A stretch of DNA of 64,000 nt from Prochlorococcus sp. scB243_498I20 (GCA_000635015.1 JFMR01000114.1:10164-74163); one strand, 5' to 3'; positions 56,057 to 63,096 are shown, counted from the first letter of the stretch. Numbers and translations: made by a program. The notes: generated from the sequence alone by a model not told the origin.

Positions 56057-57184
56057 TTATTTATCCCATAGATGAATTGTCAAATCTTTGTTATGAGTCA
56101 ATTCATTAAATTTATCAATTTCAAGATTAGTGTTGTACATAATCATTGGCAATTCCATTTCATGTAATGAGCCATGGGCTCGATAACCTTCATCTAAGGT
56201 TTCATATTCTTCATCTGCTTCTCCAAACATAGTATTTTTATCACCTTCGACAACCAAATCCCCAATATGATGAATACTAGTTTTATATTTATCAGCAATA
56301 TACTTACTATCATAAACTTCATCAACTCCCTCAAGAGATTTTATGATATCTCTAACAGGCTCTTTATCTTCAGGATCCTTTAGCCATATCCAAGAGCACC
56401 CAGTATAGTTTTTGTGATGTTTTATATAGTAATCTCGCTCTGGAGACAATGCGAATAACAAAGGTATACCTCTGTTTTCACAGACTTTGGCTAAATTCCA
56501 ACATCTAGTTTTTTTGTTCATACTATGGTCAGCTGTTAGAAGAATGGCTGCATCTGGAGCACATTCAGTTATCTCTCCAAGTCTTGCATCCATTTTTTGA
56601 AGATGTAACTGTGAGCCTATTTCCTCAGGAGCCCATCTATGCATCGGATAATCAGTTATGTGCACATAAATTAAGTCGATAGATTTATCCTTTTTTAATA
56701 AATAAATTGCTGCATGCCAAAGCCAATCATTAACTTCAGAAGAATAAATATGAGCAGGTTCACCAATAGCTTCAACTAAATCTTTCGGTGGATTTTCTGC
56801 AGTTATTGCGATATCAGCAGAATCTCCAAAAAGCTCAGTTGATTTCTTTTTGGAGCTTAAAACTGCTACCTTTTTGTTACGCTTTTTTCCTTTAATAAAA
56901 ACCGAATCAACCTTTATTAGGTTTTTGTCATTCATGTACTCAGGAGTACCACTTTCGCGATTAAAATAAGAATTTGCAATGATTCCATGATCTTTAGGCC
57001 ATGAACCGGTTGCGATGCCTACATTATTTACGTTCGTGACACTTGGATAACATCCTGATACTTTTTTAAATAACCCTTCTTTAATTAATTTATTCTTTAT
57101 TACGGGTAAATTAGTTCCTTCAAGATATGTTAGACCAAAACCATCTAACATCCCAATGACACATCTTTGATTTTCAACTAGCAT
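56057..57184 (-). CDS. phnA: Phosphonoacetate hydrolase-like enzyme (alkaline phosphatase superfamily)
   Basis: MLDG, PSVTNVNN (Thr nucleophile; PhnA PSFTNPNN), TDYPMH, TADHSM, RAHGSLHE match PhnA ligand motifs; last gene of phn ABC operon. Confidence 0.7.
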   Translation of the reverse strand: MLVENQRCVIGMLDGFGLTYLEGTNLPVIKNKLIKEGLFKKVSGCYPSVTNVNNVGIATGSWPKDHGIIANSYFNRESGTPEYMNDKNLIKVDSVFIKGKKRNKKVAVLSSKKKSTELFGDSADIAITAENPPKDLVEAIGEPAHIYSSEVNDWLWHAAIYLLKKDKSIDLIYVHITDYPMHRWAPEEIGSQLHLQKMDARLGEITECAPDAAILLTADHSMNKKTRCWNLAKVCENRGIPLLFALSPERDYYIKHHKNYTGCSWIWLKDPEDKEPVRDIIKSLEGVDEVYDSKYIADKYKTSIHHIGDLVVEGDKNTMFGEADEEYETLDEGYRAHGSLHEMELPMIMYNTNLEIDKFNELTHNKDLTIHLWDK

Positions 57185-57248
57185 TTAAATTCTGTTTTTT
57201 TTAAGTTATTTTCCTTAGGTTAAATATCATTTAAGTAGAAATTAAGCT

Positions 57249-58049
57249 CTAATTATTAATATATTTGTTCCGAATATTCACACTTAATTGTTCAACAATA
57301 ATTACAAGTATAAAAATTAAAATTAATATTGTGGATGCTTGATCATAATTAAACATTTCCATTGCAACTTTTAATTCAATACCAATTCCTCCTGCTCCAA
57401 CTAATCCTAAAACTACAGATGAACGTACTGCTTTTTCAAGACTAAATAATGAAGTATTAATAAATGAAGGTAAGACTTCAGGGAGTACTGCACAAAAAAT
57501 TATTGCTATTTTTGAAATACCTATTGCCTCCAATGCTTTTTGAGGTTTTTTTTCAATCTCTTCCATGGCTTCTGCAAAGAAACGCCCAGAGAATCCAATA
57601 GTATCAACAATTATGGTGAGGGTCCCAGCTGAGGTACCAAGTCCAATAGTCGCAACAAAGAAAATTGCCCAGATAAGATCTGGAATCGTTCTTAAAAATG
57701 CAATTAAGCCTCTAGAAATTTTATACAATTTTGGAATTGGACTTAGTTCTTTAGCCGCAAATATTGCCAAAGAAAATCCTCCCAATATTCCTACAAATGT
57801 CCCTACAAATGCTATCTGTAAAGTCTCAAGAATCGATTTCAAAAGAGGGAAAATCCTTGAAAAATTTGGAGGTAGCATTTCACTAAGAAGACGAATCATA
57901 TATGGCACACCTTTTAAGAACTCAAGAGGTGATAAACCAACTTGCTTACTAGACCAAATGAAAAACAATAGAACTAAAAGGTATGAGAAATAAACTAAAT
58001 TATTTGTTTTATCCCATCTTGGAGGTAAATCTCTATAATTATTTTTCAT
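57249..58049 (-). CDS. phnE: Phosphonate ABC transporter permease
   Basis: ETLQIA..GT, RTIPDLIWAIFFV..IGLG, EKAVRSSVVLGLVGAGGIG. Confidence 0.93.
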   Translation of the reverse strand: MKNNYRDLPPRWDKTNNLVYFSYLLVLLFFIWSSKQVGLSPLEFLKGVPYMIRLLSEMLPPNFSRIFPLLKSILETLQIAFVGTFVGILGGFSLAIFAAKELSPIPKLYKISRGLIAFLRTIPDLIWAIFFVATIGLGTSAGTLTIIVDTIGFSGRFFAEAMEEIEKKPQKALEAIGISKIAIIFCAVLPEVLPSFINTSLFSLEKAVRSSVVLGLVGAGGIGIELKVAMEMFNYDQASTILILIFILVIIVEQLSVNIRNKYINN

Positions 58050-58051
58050 TT

Positions 58052-58831
58052 TTATGCAGCATAAAATTCATTAACATCAAGTTCATTAAGTTCTTTAGAT
58101 TTAATATTTATTTTGATTACTCCATCTTTCAAACCAATTACTCTATTTGCATAATGTTCAGCATGCTTTAAGTCGTGAGTTGTAAAAAATAGCGTAATTC
58201 CTTGCTTTAAAGTGAGATCTTTTAGAAGGTTCATAACTTCAATTCCAACCTTTGGATCTAGACTTGCGACAGGTTCATCAGCGATCATTAACTTGGGTTT
58301 TTGCATTAGAGCACGCGCTATTGCTACCCTTTGAGATTCCCCTCCAGAAAGTGTATTAACGTTATTCTTTGCAAAATTTTTTAATCCAACTTGATCTAAA
58401 CAATTCAGAGCCCTAGATCTAATTTCAGAGGGAGCAAATGCCTGATACCATAATCTAGGATTTGGGTGGGAATTTAAAGATCCATGAATAACATTACTTA
58501 AAACGCTCAACCTTGGTACTAAATTATGAGTCTGCCAAATAAAAGCAATATCTCGTCTATAAAACTTTAGTAAATTATTATTTTTCATATTCAAGCGTAT
58601 CTGATTAGTATAAATTTCTCCTTTTTCAATATTTGTTAAACCTAAAAGACATTTGATTAAAGTAGATTTTCCACTACCATTTGATCCAATTAGTGCAACT
58701 GATTCTCCATAACTTACATTTAAATTTATTTCTCTTAAAACTTTTTTATTTTTAAAAGATTTACTTAAATTTGTTACTTTTAATATTTCATGAGAATCTC
58801 TTAGAATAGATGATTTTGTAAACTTTTCCAT
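58052..58831 (-). CDS. phnC: Phosphonate ABC transporter ATP-binding protein
   Basis: GSNGSGKST, LSGGESQRVAIARAL, ADEPVASLDP, HNLVPRLSVLSNV. Confidence 0.93.
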   Translation of the reverse strand: MEKFTKSSILRDSHEILKVTNLSKSFKNKKVLREINLNVSYGESVALIGSNGSGKSTLIKCLLGLTNIEKGEIYTNQIRLNMKNNNLLKFYRRDIAFIWQTHNLVPRLSVLSNVIHGSLNSHPNPRLWYQAFAPSEIRSRALNCLDQVGLKNFAKNNVNTLSGGESQRVAIARALMQKPKLMIADEPVASLDPKVGIEVMNLLKDLTLKQGITLFFTTHDLKHAEHYANRVIGLKDGVIKINIKSKELNELDVNEFYAA

Positions 58832-58869
58832 GAGATTCTCTTGAAAAAAATAATAAAGAAATTTCTAAT

Positions 58870-59757
58870 CTACAAAAATTTATTAAATTTATTTACTCCA
58901 ATGGTTTTATACATTGATCGCACGTAATCATAATCGCTATCTTTTGTATTAGGTAAAAATTGCATTCCAGTAAATTTCTTATTATCTTCTCCAAGAAGTA
59001 TTGCACTTATCATTTCATCAGAATTCTTAGACAGAACACTTTTTATTTTATTCACGGATTTTTTATCTAAACCTTTTCTATAAAGCAAAATATCATTAGG
59101 CAAATCTCGACTTCTAGCAATAACTTTAAATGCACCTGGTTGATACTGTTTATCAATTGATCTTAATTTCAAAAACTTATCATTGGTTGTAGCAAATGCA
59201 GCGACATCTCCTCTTTTGAGTGCTTCCCAACCAACTTTAACGCTTGTATGAAAAGGCTTTATATCTCTTAAAGGATCTAGCCCTGCATCTTTCATAACTT
59301 GAAAAGGAGCCAAGTGCTTTGAGGTGGAGCCAACTGATCCCATTGCAACTTTTTTATTCTTAAGATCTTTTACATCTTGTATTGGACCATCAGCCATTAC
59401 GACAATAGAATTAAAATAATCTGGTCTTGAAAACCCTACGAGAGTTTGGGCATCTGTCTTATTTTTAAAAATTACGTATTCTGCAGGGCCTGTTAAAACT
59501 AAATCAATCTTTTTATTTCTCATAGCTTCAACTGCAGCTGTTCTATTCGGAACAGGGTAAAACTTAATATTCAATCCAGTTTTTTCAATCAATTTATCTC
59601 TGAAGGGACCAAACTCAGTTTGCAATTGTTCCATTCCTTCTAGGTCAGTAATTGCGAAATTAATAATTTCTTGTGCAATTGCAGAGACTGACATTGCTGA
59701 AGACGCTAGAATCCCTATAGCAAGGACTTTTGTTTTAGAAAAAAAACTCTTTAACAT
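58870..59757 (-). CDS. phnD: Phosphonate/phosphite-type ABC substrate-binding protein
   Basis: Signal peptide (AIA-QE), GPAEY, DLKNKKVAMGSVGSTS.H, LPND motifs. Confidence 0.88.
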   Translation of the reverse strand: MLKSFFSKTKVLAIGILASSAMSVSAIAQEIINFAITDLEGMEQLQTEFGPFRDKLIEKTGLNIKFYPVPNRTAAVEAMRNKKIDLVLTGPAEYVIFKNKTDAQTLVGFSRPDYFNSIVVMADGPIQDVKDLKNKKVAMGSVGSTSKHLAPFQVMKDAGLDPLRDIKPFHTSVKVGWEALKRGDVAAFATTNDKFLKLRSIDKQYQPGAFKVIARSRDLPNDILLYRKGLDKKSVNKIKSVLSKNSDEMISAILLGEDNKKFTGMQFLPNTKDSDYDYVRSMYKTIGVNKFNKFL

Positions 59758-59825
59758 TTTTTGAGTAGTTGATATCCAAAGAATAAAGAATATTCATCTT
59801 TTAAAGTTATGTTTTTTTTAGAGGG

Positions 59826-59855
59826 AATTTAAAAAAAGTTTAAGTTCAGATTAAT
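59826..59855 (-). promoter_or_regulatory. Putative Pho box (3 repeats) upstream of phnD
   Basis: Minus strand ATTAATCT-gaa-CTTAAACT-ttt-TTTAAATT: TTAA cores at exact 11-bp period. Confidence 0.55.
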
Positions 59856-59887
59856 TTTTAAAAATACAAAAACTTTTTTTTTCATTT

Positions 59888-59906
59888 CTTAATTACTTCT
59901 TAATTC
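59888..59906 (+). promoter_or_regulatory. Putative Pho box (2 repeats) upstream of phnZ
   Basis: CTTAATTA-ctt-CTTAATTC, 11-bp period, ~40 bp before GTG start. Confidence 0.5.
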
Positions 59907-59943
59907 AAATCAATTAATATCACTTCGTTTTTAATGATTTTAA

Positions 59944-60540
59944 GTGAAATACAAAACTATAAAAAATTTCAAAAACAAATTACAAGATTCTGATAACGAT
60001 GAATTTGCTGATTTATTATTTGATTTTATTAAGGAGGAAGGAAAAACTGCTTATGATGAATCTGTCTCTCAATTACAACATGCTCTCCAAACAGCATCAC
60101 TCGCTCGCACTGAAGATGGCAGAAGGCATATAGTAATTGCTTCTTTATTGCATGATATAGGTCATCTTTTTATTGAAGAGAATGACGCAAAAAAAATAAA
60201 AGATCTTAACCATGAAATTATTGCTTCAAATTTTTTAAAAGATTTTTTCTCTGAAAAAATCACGGAAAGTATCCGCTTACACGTTGTCGCAAAAAGATAT
60301 TTATGCTCAATCGATAATTCTTATTATGAGAGATTAGCTAAATCATCTAAAAAAAGCTTTGTGGTTCAAGGTGGAGCTTTAGAAAAAAAAGAGATTATTG
60401 AACTGGAAAATAATATCTACTTTAAAGACGCAATTCAATTAAGGAAATGGGACGATAGAGCCAAGGTTTCTCTAAAAGAAGTTGAAGAATTAGATACTTA
60501 TAAAGAAATGATTGTTGCCGAAAGATTTGCTAATTATTAA
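59944..60540 (+). CDS. phnZ: HD-domain phosphonate oxygenase PhnZ-like
   Basis: Y.E.VSQLQHALQ, LLHDIGH, HE, LHVVAKRYLC, S...QGG, LR.WDD.AK. Confidence 0.88.
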   Translation: MKYKTIKNFKNKLQDSDNDEFADLLFDFIKEEGKTAYDESVSQLQHALQTASLARTEDGRRHIVIASLLHDIGHLFIEENDAKKIKDLNHEIIASNFLKDFFSEKITESIRLHVVAKRYLCSIDNSYYERLAKSSKKSFVVQGGALEKKEIIELENNIYFKDAIQLRKWDDRAKVSLKEVEELDTYKEMIVAERFANY

Positions 60541-60822
60541 AAATATTGTTAATTGCACATTTTATAGATCGAATTTTCCAAAAAACTGTCAAACCTAAGA
60601 CCTAATTAACAGAGAGCACTATGTCGTAGAGAAGAGAGTCAACCGAGACACCCAAAATTCTATTAAAGATATTTTCTATTTCGATCAGAAACACAAATCA
60701 AAAAGGCATCGATTCATGCAGGCGAACCTTGGCTTACTACATCCAAGGCCAGCTTTATTCATTAGTAAAAGTATATATATTTTGAGAGCGTTTGCAACAA
60801 GTATTTCTAAGTCTTTTCTATT

Positions 60823-60842
60823 ACTTACCAACACTTACCAAC
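60823..60842 (+). repeat. Tandem 10-bp repeat ACTTACCAAC x2
   Basis: Seen directly, 12 bp left of site A copy 1. Confidence 0.65.
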
Positions 60843-60854
60843 ACTCATAAAAAA

Positions 60855-60876
60855 GGTGCAAGTAGCAAGCGTTTCA
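60855..60876 (-). repeat. Cassette site A copy 1
   Basis: + strand GGTGCAAGTAGCAAGCGTTTCA; TCA is the TGA stop of ORF 60874-61290. Confidence 0.85.
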
Positions 60877-61290
60877 TCTAGGAAGTATTCTATTTAATTC
60901 GGGATATTCAATTCTTAATTCTTCTATAAATGCATCAACGGTCTTTGATATCTCGTCAGTAGTATTCAAAATAGAATTTTTATATTTTAGATATTCGGAA
61001 ACTTGAAATAATTTCATAGTTGATTTTGTTAAAAGTAATGTTGCAAGAGGAGATTTATCTGCCAATTTAGTTGAAGGAAAATATTTTATAGTTTCAGGAT
61101 AAGTTTTTTCCATATCCTCAATATAGTCTTCTATCTTTTCATTTAATTCATCATATTTTGATGATAAAAACTTTTTGGTATTTAAATATTCAAAACCTGC
61201 GAATAAAAAACCAATAGGAAAACTTAAAAATAATATTGAAAGAGAAAGCCTAAGAAGATTTTGGGAAAATTTTTCCATAGAAATAATCAA
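60874..61290 (-). CDS. Hypothetical membrane-anchored protein (cassette ORF)
   Basis: One N-terminal TM helix, acidic helical domain. Confidence 0.7.
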   Translation of the reverse strand: MIISMEKFSQNLLRLSLSILFLSFPIGFLFAGFEYLNTKKFLSSKYDELNEKIEDYIEDMEKTYPETIKYFPSTKLADKSPLATLLLTKSTMKLFQVSEYLKYKNSILNTTDEISKTVDAFIEELRIEYPELNRILPR

Positions 61291-61394
61291 TTAAATTTAT
61301 TTAAAACATATCAAGGTTAAAAGTAAGTAAAGCATGTAATATTTTTGCTTTCTTCTTCCGATCTACTGAAATATTTAATTTTTATAATTTCTAT

Positions 61395-61408
61395 ATCGAC
61401 TGTCAATC
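61395..61408 (-). repeat. Cassette site B partial copy
   Basis: ATCGACTGTCAATC identical to part of 63048-63091. Confidence 0.75.
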
Positions 61409-61418
61409 GTATTTAATA

Positions 61419-61444
61419 TAGCGGTGCAATTAGTAAGCGTTTCA
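61419..61444 (-). repeat. Cassette site A copy 2
   Basis: + strand TAGCGGTGCAATTAGTAAGCGTTTCA; TCA is the TGA stop of ORF 61442-61837. Confidence 0.85.
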
Positions 61445-61837
61445 ATTTTTATTGTTAACTAATCCATAGATACATAAAAGAGGATTCACTATCAAAACAA
61501 TCCAGAAAGGAGGAGGGGGTCCTCCATCAACAATTGTCCCAGCGTTAAAAGTATTAAATAGAGCTACTGCCAAAAAACAAAACATCAAAGCTAATTCACC
61601 TGATAAAACTTTTCTTAAGGAGGCTTTATCTTTAATGGAACTACAAATAATCAATAAAAAACCTATTCCTAAATTACTAGCAGCTACAACATCTGCAGTA
61701 CCTCTAACAAGAAGCAATGTTTCACTTGAAGCGTTGCCTGCAATAGTTTCCACTGAAAAAATTAGTAGAGAAATAATTAACAACCCCAACAGGATATGAA
61801 GCGCTCCAGTAGTTTTTAAAATATTTTTTAACTTCAT
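61442..61837 (-). CDS. Hypothetical integral membrane protein, ~4 TM (cassette ORF)
   Basis: Four hydrophobic segments; GGPPPPFW motif. Confidence 0.8.
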   Translation of the reverse strand: MKLKNILKTTGALHILLGLLIISLLIFSVETIAGNASSETLLLVRGTADVVAASNLGIGFLLIICSSIKDKASLRKVLSGELALMFCFLAVALFNTFNAGTIVDGGPPPPFWIVLIVNPLLCIYGLVNNKN

Positions 61838-61882
61838 AAAAAAAGGAGCTTATTTCCCCCTTATTGTAGATCGACTGTCAAT
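61838..61882 (-). repeat. Cassette site B full copy
   Basis: AAAAAAAGGAGCTTATTTCCCCCTTATTGTAGATCGACTGTCAAT directly abutting the ATG. Confidence 0.88.
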
Positions 61883-61886
61883 TTAG

Positions 61887-61901
61887 AGTAGTAAGCGTTT
61901 C
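61887..61901 (-). repeat. Cassette site A copy 3 (truncated)
   Basis: AGTAGTAAGCGTTTC, 4 bp from site B. Confidence 0.8.
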
Positions 61902-62111
61902 GTTTAAAACAAAGTTCTAGTTTTTTCGTTTTTTTTCATTAACCTTCCACATTTTCTTGAACATATAATTTTTATGTTCATTGCAATACATTTAGCAGAA
62001 GTAATAATGCGTAAGTGTATATTAACTATACAGAATCCGTTCCAAAATTCTGTAGGTTTAAGGTCTTCCCTATCTTTCAACTCCTATTAATAGTTGAAAA
62101 TAAAAACCTAT

Positions 62112-62294
62112 TTACCACCACATACCGAGATTCAATTTTTTTGCATCTCTATTACATGCAAGCTCACACTCGTTTAACTCTTTGACTGAGAGAGCCTCAA
62201 GTATTCTTGCCATATCAATAGAAGATAGTTCTCCATTAACGTTCCACTTAAGTGTAGTTTTACGTTGAGGTGTGTTTTTTGTTTTTTTCATCAT
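62112..62294 (-). CDS. Small hypothetical protein
   Basis: 60-aa ORF, TLKWN..GELS.IDM.RIL...C.L.C pattern looks protein-like. Confidence 0.6.
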   Translation of the reverse strand: MMKKTKNTPQRKTTLKWNVNGELSSIDMARILEALSVKELNECELACNRDAKKLNLGMWW

Positions 62295-62442
62295 GACTTT
62301 TTAAGGTCGGGATAATTAAATAGCATGATTATTTAAAATTCTCAAATATTTATTGAGTAAAAGAGTATAAATTACCAAAAAAATGTGAAGTTTTTATAAG
62401 TTAAAGAATTAAATTTATTTATCAAGAATCTAGAAATTCAAT

Positions 62443-62468
62443 TAGCCGTGCAAGTAGTAAGCGTTTCA
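62443..62468 (-). repeat. Cassette site A copy 4
   Basis: TAGCCGTGCAAGTAGTAAGCGTTTCA immediately after the TAA at 62469-62471. Confidence 0.85.
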
Positions 62469-63047
62469 TTAAGGAAGATACTTATTCCTATTTATTGGTT
62501 CATTTTGGAGGATTCTCATGGCTTCTGGTGAGTTAGTAACTCCTATTATTGCGACCAAAATAACACCTAGTGCTAACAAGGCATATGCTCTCTGTTTATT
62601 TGCTTTTACCTTTCTAATACTTTCTTCTTCATAAACTTTCTTAAAATGAGCTTCCCATTTTTCAACAAAAGTAGGTTCAACTAACTTTTCATCAATTTCT
62701 TTATTTTTTGCCTCCGCTTCGCCATTAAATTTATTTTTAAATTCTGGGAAATCATTATGGCTTAAAGCCCATTATTTCCACGATGTCCATTCTTGTAATT
62801 GTGTTTGTTTTGCTTGACCTTGAATTAAAAAAGCGTCTCCGCCAACATCAGCACCTGCCATACCCGTAATTGCTCCAGCTATGGCTCCATCACGCCTGCT
62901 TGTATTTTTAGGAGGCCTTGCTTCTACATCATGTAATTTTAAAAATTCAACAACTATTACATCTAAACCAACTAAGGGAACTTTTTTTAATTCAGGATTA
63001 TCTCTGTAAATTCTGGTTAATTCAGATTGTTTCCATTCTTTAGTCAT
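62469..63047 (-). pseudogene. Hypothetical protein with in-frame premature stop (cassette ORF)
   Basis: Frame reads ...EWTSWK-TAA(62772-62774)-WALSHNDFPEF... and stays open for 100 more codons incl. a TM helix to TAA 62469. Confidence 0.75.
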
Positions 63048-63090
63048 AAAAAAGAAGCTAATTGCCCCTTATTGTAGATCGACTGTCAAT
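63048..63090 (-). repeat. Cassette site B full copy
   Basis: AAAAAAGAAGCTAATTGCCCCTTATTGTAGATCGACTGTCAAT; 26-bp core identical to 61857-61882; 6 bp from integrase stop, abuts ATG. Confidence 0.88.
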
Positions 63091-63096
63091 CTTAAA

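Noticed and set aside
57565-58171. Antisense ORFs inside phnE/phnC
   Set aside because: Shadow frames of ABC genes
61863-61881. Site B as a consensus sigma-70 promoter (TTGACA...TACAAT)
   Set aside because: Spacer is 7 bp, not 16-18; TACAAT alone could still serve as a -10 element
60855-63090. Possible CRISPR array
   Set aside because: Inter-repeat segments are 400-600 bp and contain ORFs; no cas genes; two distinct repeat families
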